Of a stretch of 64,000 nt of DNA, positions 1-10,613 are shown in pieces; the stretch's first letter is position 1, and every line of letters starts with the position of its first letter. The notes below the pieces were generated by a model. That model had not been told where the DNA came from, did not search any database, and saw nothing but the letters and a program-made list of their open reading frames with translations. The position numbers were made by a program, and so were the translations under genes. Source of the stretch: Raillietiella orientalis (Eukaryota). The DNA lies in contig JAYWIR010000076.1 of assembly GCA_036172245.1 (NCBI GenBank), forward strand, positions 310,001 to 374,000. The letters are read 5' to 3'.

Positions 1-2141
1 CCCTCCCACGACGTACCCACAGGAACGACCACGCTCTTCTCTCTGTTTACGCTCATGCACGCTCCCCGACGAATCAGGTCGAAGAAATCCTCGACACTGG
101 ACGCCGGGGTGGACATGGGGAGCAGAAGAAGCAGGTCATCAGCGTAAGCGGCCACGGCAGGCGTTCCCGGGCAGGAGCTTGGCAAGTGAGACAGCGTCAG
201 CCTGTATGCTCTTAGCACCAACTCAAAGAAGATGCTGAAGAGCAACGGGCTTAAGCTGTCGCCCTGTCGGATGCCCCTACGAACGGGACTACCATACACG
301 CGGCAGCCGCTGAAAGTAATGCAGGTTAGCGCGTGGCGCCAGCACGCGCGCAAATACAGCAGCAGTTGCGCCGGGAACCCAAGGCGTTCCATAAGCTCCA
401 AAAGCAGCTTCTGGTTTACGCAGTCGAACGCCTTGTGGAGATCGACGGCGACAACCAAGGCACCTGGCGTTCCCTCCTGCCGTCGGCGCCTGTTCTTTTT
501 GCCTGCGGCAGTGACTTTCGCAGCAGCCTGGCTTTGCTGCGTCACAACTTCCTGCAGCTGCATCCATGTACGCGCGAAAAGGATGTTCGCCTCCATGGAT
601 CGTCCCGGAACCGCGTAGGTTTGTTCCGGGCTCACCACAGATTCCGCGATACTTCCTAACCGCGCGACCCACAGCTTGGAAAACAACTTGACGTCCGAGT
701 TCACCAAGGTGATCGGACGCCAGTTGTTAAGTTGGCGCAAGTCTCCGCCTTTCGGCAGGAGACGCACCTTTGCTGAGCGGAAGGAATCAGGGACATTCCC
801 GGATTCACTCATCAGCGTCGCGAGTTTAAGCATCAAGGGAATGAGCTCCACTGCAAAGCACTGATAAAACTCTGCAGGGAGTTCATCCTCGCCTGGCGCC
901 TTTCGTCTCTTCAGCCCAGCGATTGCGGACGAAAATTCATCCGCCGTGAAGTGCTCGTCGAGACGTTCGCGTTCCTCCTCGCCGACAACACGAGCATCCT
1001 GAGACAGGAGTATCTCAGAAAGAATATCCTCCGTCGGGGATTCCGCGTAGAGCGAGGAGTAGTAGCGTCTCACAATGCGGCGTACTTCGGCTGGGGCCGA
1101 ACATTCCTGGCCCTTGTCGTCCAACAGGCATGCTGCTCCGGACTGCCAGACCTGGCGCTCGGCCCTCGCCTTGTACTCTGCGAGACGCCCGACATCAGCG
1201 CGTCTCGAAAACGTGCGGGCCTGCAGAAAGTCTCTACTGTTGGCCACACCCTCTCCGAAACCGCGTAAAAGTTGGTGCAAGGGGAATTGGCAGCAGAACT
1301 CGCGGACAGATCTTTTGAGATCGTCCCAGTCCGCAAGTTCTTGAATAGCAAAGCCTCGGAGGTATCCACGTAGAAGCTCCGCAGCCTCCGGTTGGCTAAG
1401 CCAATCCGCCTGCATCCTCCAGTTTTGCAACGGAGGCCCCCTGCCTGGCGGAAGGATCTCAAACTCCAACCTGTGGTGGTCAGAAAGCTCAGTCAACAAT
1501 CTTCCTCTCCTACTCACACGCGAATGCAGGTTTTCATCGAGGAAAACGTGATCGAGCGATCTTTCCATTCCAGGTTCGCTGACCATCAAGTTGGCGGCGT
1601 GCACGGACGCGCACATCTCGATGGGCAGCGCGCGTTCCCTCGGGCGGCTCCAATCGTCGGAGAGCAGGCGGACGTTGAAGTCCCCAGCGACGAGGTGCGC
1701 CACTTGGAAGCCGAAGTTGTTGAGCCACTGGCTCTGCACCTCACCAAAGAAAGCTACTCTTTCTTCGAGGTAGCGAGAGCCACTCGGCGCGAAGACGTTC
1801 GTAACGACGAGATCGATAGACTCGGACCACTGGATGACAAGCTGGCCTACCCGTCCGTCGTCGTCGAAACGAACACTACGCACCGCTTCCGCCATTTTTC
1901 CTCTTACGAGGAACGCGACGCCGCACGTGTGTGCGCCGCCGCACCGCCAATGTAGCGTTCCGCCTGCGCGCTCCTCGATTTCGGCTGCCTGCTCGTCGGA
2001 GATTACGTGAATCTGCTGCAGCAGCGCGAGGTCGAAGGGGCGCAGGGCATTGGCTACTAATCAACTCTTCTCGTCGTTCTGCAGTCCGTTCACGTTCCAA
2101 CACGTTACGGACAAAAGACGAGAAGACGCGATTTCCCGCAT
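1..2141 (-). pseudogene. Element A ORF2 (APE endonuclease + reverse transcriptase), disrupted
   Basis: Minus-strand translation gives CWNVNGLQ...FDLALLQQIH, GDFNV (~1680), WRPITLVNSDVKLF (~700-725), AVDLHKAFDCVNQ (~415-450) and AYADDLL (~130-150), with stops and frameshifts. Confidence 0.9.
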
Positions 2142-2143
2142 TA

Positions 2144-4062
2144 CTACTGGGAAGGTGGCGACTTTTTGCTCGCTTTATCCGGCGAGCAGACGGCGAGCAG
2201 CACGACTGGCTGGAGGGGACGGTCGTCACCGTCCTCTGTCGTGCTGCATGCATGTAATGCCTCCACGCCAGGAAGATCCCCGTCGGGTTTCGTGGAGACT
2301 TCGCGTGGCTTCGCGGCGAGCGTTGCCTGGCTGCCTACTTTTGATCGGCGCGCACACGCTTTCGAACGAGTTGTCCTCGTCTCGGTGATCGGAACGGCAT
2401 CCAATTCGGAGTCCGACCGGCGCTTGTTCGATCGGGTTTCGGCCTTCCGCGAAGCAGTGACAGGTTCTGCTGGATTGACAGCTGTCCTGTTTTCGTTTTC
2501 CGTCACCAGAGCATCGCTTTTGGTGACGGCTGCTTTCCCGGCGCGCGCGTTTGCAGCGTGCTCACGCGCAGTTGCACGAGGGACCTTTGCTGAAGTCTTC
2601 TTTACTTCATTACGGTTCCTCACTTCGCGTGGCGCCGTAAATGGAGATTGTGCTCCATTGCCATCTTTGAAGCCATCCGCGTCTTTAAACGGGAGCACTT
2701 TCGATGGCTTCGACACGCTCGTCATGGACGCTGCCTTCGGAAGGGCTTTTACTGCCTTCGTTGGCATGGCATCCGCGCCAGTCGAGAGCTTGCTCTCCGA
2801 CTGCGACGGCGTGAGATTTTTCTCCGCTTTCGCGGTGTTGGATCGCGACGCGGATTTTTTTTTGCTGACTTTCGAAGTCGAAACGGCACAACCCTTCTTA
2901 CCCGATTTGGGCTTCTCAGCCACTGCAGGAGGTGAAGGAATGGATCTGACGGTACTGGAAGTGTCCTTACCGCCGTTGTCCATTGACGTCCCCGCCGGTT
3001 GCTCGAACTCCGAGAGAGTCGGGCGTGCTTGGGAAGGACAGCTATTGCGCCTAGGGGGACTTACCATTGCCCCGGATTCCCCGCACCCTTTCTTTTGCGG
3101 CTCCCCTGCCGCGAGAGGGGGTGCGCAGGGCTTCGCGTGCGAGGTTTCCTGCTGCTTTGGGGCGACATTCCGCCTCGCGTTTTTTCGGAATTTCCGCCTT
3201 GGGGACTCCAGGTTTTTCGCAGATTTTTCTTTTTATCCGCGCTTTGTTTTTTAAAATGGAGCTCCGCGGCTGCCTTTTTTTGCAAAAGATCCGGGCAATT
3301 TTTCAATTGGTGCCCGGATAGTTTGCAATAACGGCATTTTCCAGAGGGGCATTTATCCAAACAATGCCCCTCCTTCCCGCATTGCTCGCACGTTCTTACT
3401 TTGCCCACGAACCAGAGGTGAACGACCGTGTCTTTCACCTGTAGTTTGGTAGGCAGCAGACGGCGGTCCGGCATTGTAAGCCGGACTCCAGCGACTCCGC
3501 TGTGTATGGACGGGAAGTCCTTGAGGCTGCTACGCACCCTCCATAGCGCATGGACCGTGGCGAATTTCGCCAACGCGTTCCGAATATCAGTATCGGAGAT
3601 TTCCGACTCGATGTCGAAAATCTCCACCACAAATGAGTCGTCCATGGCGGCCCGGAAGACCTTCTGGCCACGGATCGACAACGGGGTGCGCAGCAAGCGT
3701 TGCACAAGTGCAGCGTCTTTGCAACGCACCTTGAAATAGCCCAGGTCTTTTACGGGCATAATGGCGAGAAGGTCATCCTCCCGCACGCCAACACGGGTCA
3801 GTTCATCGTTGAACTGATTTCCGTCGCGCGCAGAAAGAAAGCCACTCACCTTATATCGGAGAGCAGGTCTATAGCCTTGGGCTACGTATGCCCGCAACTC
3901 CGACTCGTCGAGTGGTTTCCCTTTGACGGCTGCTCTGGCAGCAACGTCAGCAAAACTCCTCTCCATTGGCGAGAAAGACGAAGTGGAGGCGGCCGTCGGT
4001 TCCGCGATTGCAGATCCGGATGCTGTTCCTCCAACTTCAGTAGCTTCAAGTTGGGTCGACAT
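2144..4062 (-). pseudogene. Element A ORF1 (Gag-like, zinc knuckles), frameshifted near 3065
   Basis: ORFs 3061..4086 (CEQCGKEGHCLDKC, CRYCKLSGHQLKNC) and 2144..3067 (K/S/A-rich tail). Homologous to ORF1 of element C. Confidence 0.85.
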
Positions 4063-4141
4063 CGTCGTCAAAATGTACGACGCCAAGATGAAGCGGATGA
4101 AAGCACGGAGACGAGAGCGAAGAAAAACACGTCCGCACCCG

Positions 4142-4600
4142 ATTGAAATCTTTCGCTATCAGGTGAGCCTTTCGCACATTGGTATCCGCCAGCCAGTCGC
4201 GCTTCAGGGATTCAAGAAGCCTGGTAAGGTTGCTGTATCCCTTTTCACCGGTTGGGGCGTACACATTTGTGACGATCAGATCGATCGAGTCGGACCAGCC
4301 GAGTGTCAGCTGACCGACCCGACGGTCGTCATCGAAGCGCACGCTCTTCATGGCAGCGTCGATGGCCGGCTTCACGAAGAACGCAACCCCGCAGGTGTTG
4401 CGGATGCCGCATTGCCAGTACAGCCGACCCCTCGCGATCGTTTCGATCTCCTGGACGTCTGCCGCGGTGATCACGTGGATCTCCTGCAACAGGGCCAGGT
4501 CGAACTCCCGCAGGTGTCGGCTGTATCTCGCCTATTACCGTCTTCGCGCAGCCCGTTGACATTCCAACAGGCCGCGCGAATCCGACGGCGACTGGCGTGC
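4142..4600 (-). pseudogene. Element B ORF2 APE fragment
   Basis: WNVNGL, QEIH, CGVAF, NVYAP and KDFN motifs; truncated by insertion of A. Confidence 0.85.
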
Positions 4601-4816
4601 CCAGGTGTTACTCCTGGGAAGATGGAAGGCGGCGTCCGCCACCTTTTGGGGCGGGACGCTAGGTGGAGGAGGAGGGTGAGGTGCTGAAGGCACCTGGTCC
4701 CCCTCCTCCATAGGTAACGGCGCGTCAAGCGGGTCACCCACAGGTGGGGTCGCGCCTACCTGTTCGCCCTCCTCCAAGGGGCGGGCTGTTCAGGGTCGGC
4801 GCCTGCTGGGAGGACT

Positions 4817-6358
4817 TCACCCCCCTGTCCACCCTCCTCCATGGGGGTGGCCGGATCGACGGCTTCCGAGCGTGGGAATTCCTCCTCCGAACTTCCCACG
4901 CTGGCAACGGATTCCGTCTTCTCCTCCTCGTTGTTGGAAAGTTAGGCGCCTCCTGGGCTTCTGGGACTTGCGTGCCGACTTCCTGGGGGGTGCCTCCGAG
5001 GTGGAGGATGTACTTCCGGCCCCCAGGTCTAACTCACCTGTGGGGGCTTTCTTCGCCGGAGCCGGCCTTCGCACGTCCTTGCGCGAGGGGTTCTCACGCT
5101 CGGCCAGCGTGACCGCGAGCTCCTCCGCCGCCTGCGCGAACGCGGCGTCCGCGGCTTCGACCGCCGCTATGTCGCGCGGCTCACCCTCTGTGTGAACAGA
5201 GGGTTCGCCGTCGCGAGCCTCTGGCGCAGCGGAAACGGCAAGGGGAGGATCGACGCTCCGGGTGGCAATCTCGGGAACGACGATTCGTTCCAGTGCCACC
5301 GTGCACTCGCGCAAAGTTTTCGAGCGCGGACCGGGTTTCTTCGGCTTACCGGCCGTCTTGCCCTCTTTGCTCTCCGCGGGTGGGAGTTTTCTCGGCTTTC
5401 TGGCCTCTACAAGCTTCCATCCCTCTTCGCCTTCCACCGTTTCAGAAGGTTTATCCTCCGGCTTACGCTCCGGAGGTTGAGGTGTTGGCAGGTTGTGCTG
5501 GCCCTTTTCTACTTTAGGTCTAGAGACCTTTGAAGCGCGTTTTGCCTGCACTTTTTTCGCGGCAGGGGGAACCGGGGTGGGGTGTTTGGGACACACGCGC
5601 CGAACGTGGCCCCGCTCCCCGCACAAATGGCATTGTATATTGGGACACCTTTTACGTAGGTGTATCACGGTATCACAATGCCCGCAATACCGGGGCTTCC
5701 CTACATACCACAGATCGACGTTTTCTTGCGCCACCTGTAGTTTGTGGGGAAGCCCACAATTCTCCCGTATGGTGACCCGCGCTGCAGCCTGCCCACCAAA
5801 AAGGCTATCGAAGCCGTCGAAAATGGAGGGTTTCGGCCACAGTGCGTGCACCTCACCGTATTTTCGCAATTCCTCACCAACCGCTGACCGCGTCATGCGG
5901 CTGGTGATGCCAGTCATGTGGACAACCACGGAGCGGTCCATTGATACTGGCAGGATCTTTCGGCCGTCTACGTTCAGCGGTGCATGGATTAGGCGGTGAG
6001 CCAAGGTGACATCTTTGCAGACCACCTCGACCCGCTGCCCGCCGCTGAGGACGGAGAGGCCGTCCAGATCCTTCTCAGTGACATTCGCGTCCTTCAACGC
6101 TTTCCTGAAGGCGCGCGCTGTCCGGCCGTCGAACAAGTTGCCTACCTGGTGGACAAGCGATGGCTTGTACCCGGAGGCCTTGTATGCGGCCATCTCCGCC
6201 ATGGCTTCTGCGCTGGGCGCGGCCACCATGGCGCTCCATGTCCTCGGCGTGGCCGGGGATGATTCCGGGGCGGCTGCCCCTGCTCCAGTAGGCTGTGGGG
6301 GCGAACTAGCCTCCCCCACTCCCACCTCCATCGCGGTGTCCTCTGCCGTCGTGGCCAT
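4817..6358 (-). CDS. Element B ORF1 (Gag-like zinc-knuckle protein)
   Basis: MATTAEDT start at 6358. CGHCDTVIHLRKRC and CHLCGERGHVRRVC knuckles. Homologous to D/E ORF1. The true 3' end is probably a little further (possible frameshift). Confidence 0.8.
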   Translation of the reverse strand: MATTAEDTAMEVGVGEASSPPQPTGAGAAAPESSPATPRTWSAMVAAPSAEAMAEMAAYKASGYKPSLVHQVGNLFDGRTARAFRKALKDANVTEKDLDGLSVLSGGQRVEVVCKDVTLAHRLIHAPLNVDGRKILPVSMDRSVVVHMTGITSRMTRSAVGEELRKYGEVHALWPKPSIFDGFDSLFGGQAAARVTIRENCGLPHKLQVAQENVDLWYVGKPRYCGHCDTVIHLRKRCPNIQCHLCGERGHVRRVCPKHPTPVPPAAKKVQAKRASKVSRPKVEKGQHNLPTPQPPERKPEDKPSETVEGEEGWKLVEARKPRKLPPAESKEGKTAGKPKKPGPRSKTLRECTVALERIVVPEIATRSVDPPLAVSAAPEARDGEPSVHTEGEPRDIAAVEAADAAFAQAAEELAVTLAERENPSRKDVRRPAPAKKAPTGELDLGAGSTSSTSEAPPRKSARKSQKPRRRLTFQQRGGEDGIRCQRGKFGGGIPTLGSRRSGHPHGGGWTGG

Positions 6359-6450
6359 TGGACACCGACGATGTACACAAAACACCACACAGAAGAAAAA
6401 GCGCTTTCCTACTACTCTTTGGGGAGTGAAGGAAAAACACGTCCTGCAAC

Positions 6451-6649
6451 TGGCCGTGGAGGGTTCTGGCTGCAACGAGGCTGCCAGCTCCTCCGCGGCT
6501 CGCGCAAAGGCTACGTCATCGATGGTGGTGTAGATGACGGACGCCGCCACCGGCTCGCTCTTCTCGCTGTTGACATAGTCAACAGAGGGGTTGTTGTCGG
6601 TAGCGGCGAGTTCTTTTTCGCAGCGGTCGGGAATGCGCTCCACGACAAC
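6451..6649 (-). mobile_element. Element E (D family), middle ORF1 segment between the C and B insertions
   Basis: Encodes VVERIPDRCEKEL...DDVAFARAAEELAASLQPEPST, colinear with D ORF1 (14570-14770). Joins in frame to 19414 across TSD ACGACAAC. Confidence 0.9.
6642..6649 (+). repeat. Target-site duplication ACGACAAC of family C (other copies 17991-17998 and 19414-19421)
   Basis: The identical 8-mer precedes C1, separates C1 from C2, and follows C2. Confidence 0.92.
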
Positions 6650-6657
6650 TGTGGCAC

Positions 6658-6666
6658 GGACGTGTT
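6658..6666 (+). promoter_or_regulatory. Conserved 5' GGACGTGTT motif (DPE-like internal promoter element) in A, B, C1, C2, D and E
   Basis: The same 9-mer lies within ~15 nt of all six 5' junctions although the UTRs otherwise differ between families. The promoter role is inferred. Confidence 0.65.
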
Positions 6667-6736
6667 CTGTGTTGCTCCACGAGCGTGATTCCTTTCCGTC
6701 TTCTTGTGTGTGGTGTGCCCGAGTGCGTCCACTGGG

Positions 6737-8680
6737 ATGTCCACGGAGCCCCTGCAGCAAAACATGGATGTGGAGGCTGCTACTGGCAGTGGAGTCTCTA
6801 CTCCAGATGTCCGGTCCGCCTCTGATTCTTGTGTCTCGCCATCGGCGAGAAGCTTCGCCGCCGTCGTCAAGGCGGCGGCAGCCAGCGGAGCAACGCCCGA
6901 CGAAGCGGAGCTGCAGGCATATGCAGCCCATGGCTACAAGCCTGCGCTCTGCTATCCGGTAAGTGCTGCGATCTCCTACGGGGTCGGAGAAAATCTATGG
7001 GATGAGCTTTTGCGCGTCGGGGTCCGACAGGACGACCTCCTGGCCGTCATGCCGGTTAACGCGCTCGGACACTGGGAGGTGCAATGCAAAGAGGCATCCC
7101 TAGTCCAGCGCCTTCTCCGCACCCCGCGAAATATCCGCGGGAAGGAGGTCGTCCCGTCGGCCATGGACCAGTCGTTCGTGGTCGGATTATCCGCCGTCCA
7201 GGTGGACACGCCCGATCGCGTGCTCGTTGCTGCACTAAGTGCATTCGCCACGGTGCACGCGCTGTGGAGAGCAGAAAATCCGATCAAAAGGACTGCATCT
7301 CTTCACAGCGGACTTGCCATGACGCGTGTCACCATGGCGGATAGGAGGCAAATGCCTCCGCACTTGCAGGTGGGCGATGCGATCGTCCACCTTAAATTTG
7401 CCGGTCAGTGACCGGCTTGCGACATTTGCGGTGCCGAGGACCACCGTCCGTGGACGTGCCCTTCACGCAACTGCCGCTATTGTAAACAGCTCGGCCACTC
7501 CATCAAAGAGTGCGCCAAGCTAAAGAGAAAGCGGCAGGCGAAAAGCCGCCAACAATCGACCCCGTCCGCGCCGAAAAGATTTCCCGTTGTGCCACGGGAG
7601 AAATCGGGCGCGAAGGGCGGGGCATCTTCGAGTAGAGGTCCCGCGAAAAAGGGCGCGGTTGCTTCAGGAAAGCCACCATCCCAGACAACCGCGCAGACGG
7701 GAAAGATGCCACGTCGCTCTGGGGGCAAATCGCCCCCTTCGAAACAGCCTAAGAGTGCGGGCACGCACTCAATCAAGGCTGCTGAACCGTCCGCGTCCGC
7801 TTGCGCGTCCAGCGGAGCACACGGGAAACCGTGCGCGGGTACCCTCGGAGCTGCCTCTGAACGGCAGTTTCCTCCTACGGCGGTGGAGATCACTTCATCC
7901 ACGCCGAAGGCACGGGCAGCGAAGGCTGCAATAGCGCCTCGCGGGACGACGGCAATGACCGCCGTTTCGCCCGCATCGGCTAAGGAGCAGGTGCAGTGCG
8001 TAACGGGGACGGAGCCGTCTCCCGCCGCGAGCGCGAAACGTGATCCGGCATCTCCGGCCAAACAATTGAGGGAGGCGTCGGCCTCCCAGGAGGGCGTCCC
8101 CGACGCGGGTTGGACTCGAGTCTCCAGGACGCCCACAAAGGGGAAGAAGAAGGTTGACCCTTCAATATTCCCCATCCTTAAGGTGGGTGGGAGGCAAAAG
8201 AGAAGCACGCCGAAGAAGGTGCGTACCCAGGTACGCACTACGGCTGCGTGCTCTGTCTCCGTCGCTTCGCGCGAGAGGGCGGCTGCGGAAGCCAAAGCTC
8301 CGGAAGCTGCGTTGGCGACTGCGACGACACCCGCGCGGGCAGGGCAAGCCTCCACCTGCCGAAACAAAAAGAGACTGGCAAAACGCCAGTCTCGCGCCAG
8401 GCACTCGGACTCCGAGGTGGAGTCTGAGTGCAAACAAATGGAGCGCGCATCCCGGGGTAAGTCGGTAGCGCGCCGGGCTTAGGTGCGAAAGCACGAGACT
8501 GTTGCCGGAGGCGGTTCCGGCTCCTGCACGGAGACCGAGGCGATGATCCTCGGCTCCCAGGACTCAGCTGGGCGCGATGTGGCGGCGAACGGGAGCGATT
8601 CCGCTTCCCAATCCCCTCTCCTACCAGCTGACTTCTCGCCGGACGGGGCGAGGAGCACGCCGTCATGTCCGCAGCAGTGA
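6737..8680 (+). pseudogene. Element C1 ORF1, two in-frame stops (7409-7411, 8480-8482)
   Basis: ORFs 6704..7411, 7589..8482 and 8483..8680 are in one frame. Knuckles CDICGAEDHRPWTC and CRYCKQLGHSIKEC follow the first stop. Confidence 0.85.
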
Positions 8681-10394
8681 TGCGTGGACTCGCGTCCGCT
8701 CGTCGCGTCAGCGTGGCCTGTTGGAATGTCAACGGGCTACGTGATGCTGACAAAAGGCGGACGGTAGCCAACGCTTTGCGCGCGTTCGATCTGGTGCTGC
8801 TGCAGGAGATACATAGCATCTCCGTACGGCAGGCATCGGATCTGGAAGAGCGCGCGGGCAGGACGCTACACTGGCGGCAAGGCTCCGCGCACACGTGCGG
8901 AGTCGCGTTCCTCGTCCGAGGCAGGGTGGCGGAGGCGGTGCGGAACGTTTGTTTCGACGAGGAAGGTCGTGTGGGCCAACTTGTCCTCAAGTGGTCCGAA
9001 TCGATCGACCTGGTCGTTACGAACATCTACGCGCCGAGCGGCGGCCGGCATTACGCCCAGCGACTTGCATTCCTGGGTGGCCTGCGCAGCCGCTGGCTCG
9101 CTGACTCCGGCCCTAACGTGGCGCACCTCCTTGCAGGAGACTTCAACGTCCACCTGCTAACAGAGGAGAGATGCCGCTTGAGGGAGAAGCAACTGGTGAG
9201 CGAGGTATGCGCGTACGTGCGCGTGCAAAACTTGCTTGCTGGTGAGCCCGGGATGGAGAGATCGCCAGACCATGCGTTCCTCGATGAACACCTGCTCTCA
9301 CGAGTAGGTCGGAGAGGGCGCCTGCTGTCCGCGATTTCGGATCATCCTAGACTGGAGTTCGAGTTCCTCCCGCCTGGCAAAGGGCCTCCGATGAATGTCT
9401 GGAGGTTGCCGGCCGACTGGCTTAGCAATTCGGAGGCGGCGGAGCATCTCCGCCAACACCTCCGGGGCTTCGCCATCTGTGAACTCGAGGACTGGGACGA
9501 TCTGAAAAGATCTGTCCGCGAGTTCTGCTGCCGGTTGTTCTTGCACCTGCTTCCCCGCGGCTTCGGGGAGGGTGTCGCGAACAGCAGATCCTATCTGCAG
9601 GCGCGTACCTTTTCACGATGCCCGGACGTCCGGCGTCTGGCGGAGTATAAGGCCAGGGCCGAGCGCCAGGTTTAGCAGTCTGGAGCGGCTTGTCTGCTCG
9701 ATGACGCTGGCCAGGAATGCTCGGCTGCAGCCGAAGTACACCGCGTAGTCAAGCGCTACTGCTCCTCTTTGTACGCGGAGGAGCCCACGGAACGCAGTCT
9801 CTCCGAGCTGCTTCTTCCGACGGGCAACCCTGCTATCGACGAGGAGGAACGCGCCAGATTGGGTTGGCCCTTCACGGCGGAAGAAGTATCCTCTGCCATA
9901 GCGGGCCTGAAGAGGCGTAAGGCGCCTGGGGAGGATGGCCTGCCCGCGGAGTTTTTTCAGTGCTTCGCGGCGGAGCTCGTCCCCCTGGTGCTAAGCCTTT
10001 CCTCGCTGATGCGTGAGACGGGAGATGTTCCCGCTTCTTTCCGCTCAGCAAAGGTGCGGCTCCTGCCGAAAGGCGGTCATTTGCGCCACCTCAGCAACTG
10101 GCGTCCGATCACATTGGTGAATTCGGACGTCAAGTTGTTCTCCAGGCTATGGGTCGCGCGCCTGGGAAGAATCGCAGAGTCCTTGGTAAGTCCGGAGCAG
10201 ACGTATGCTGTTCCGGGTCGGTCCATGGACGCGAATCTCTTCTTCGCGCGAACATGGTTTGAGTGTCAGCAGCGCGTGGCGCAGCAGAGCCAGGCAGCCG
10301 AAATCGCCGCTGCCAAAGGAAAGCAGCGGTGTTCAAGGCACGATGGAACGCCGGGAGCCTTAGCGGTCGCCGTCGATCTCTGCAAAGCGTTCGA
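8665..10394 (+). pseudogene. Element C1 ORF2, 5' half (APE + RT up to KAFD)
   Basis: WNVNGL, LQEIH, GDFN, SDH, KAPGEDGLPAEF, WRPITLVNSDVKLF, AVDLCKAFD; stop at 9673-9675. Confidence 0.92.
10383..10394 (+). repeat. 12-bp TSD of element D: CAAAGCGTTCGA (partner CAAGGCGTTCGA at 15925-15936)
   Basis: Removing D and one TSD restores VDLCKAFDSVNQDLLLELLERLGLP in C1 ORF2. Confidence 0.92.
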
Positions 10395-10613
10395 TTTTCA
10401 CCCGGATTTCGCCGGGGCGTTAATTGTAAAATAAACATTTACAAAGACGTGCGGTGGCTGGACCATTGCTCCAGCCACGCACGAAGAAACACAGAGCCTG
10501 CCGGGTCACCAGTTCGCAGACCGGTACGGTCCACCACGGCAGCAGGGGGAAGGGGGAAAAAACAAAAAACAAAACAAAAAAGAAAAGAAAAGTTGGGAGG
10601 GTAAGGGAAGGGA

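Larger units (their letters stand above)
1..4141 (-). mobile_element. L1/Tx1-clade non-LTR retrotransposon, element A (5' end at ~4141; 3' part runs out of the window)
   Basis: ORF1 with two CCHC knuckles, then APE (WNVNG) and RT (KAFD, QGDSLSPLLF, YADD). The 5' end carries GGACGTGTT and abuts the interrupted [G/K]DFN codons of element B. Confidence 0.92.
4142..6450 (-). mobile_element. L1/Tx1-clade element B, 5' part (ORF1 + APE N-terminus), interrupted by A
   Basis: GGACGTGTT at 6436-6444 (minus), ORF1, then ACWNVNGL...LQEIH...NVYAP...HLIAKDFN ending at the A junction. Confidence 0.9.

Noticed and set aside
4817..6931. 704-aa ORF as a single gene
   Set aside because: It is a chance read-through of antisense C1, an E ORF1 fragment, B's 5' UTR and B ORF1.
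2166..8433. Long antisense ORFs (2166..3254, 7477..8433 and similar)
   Set aside because: They are shadow frames of GC-rich ORF1 sequence with no motifs.
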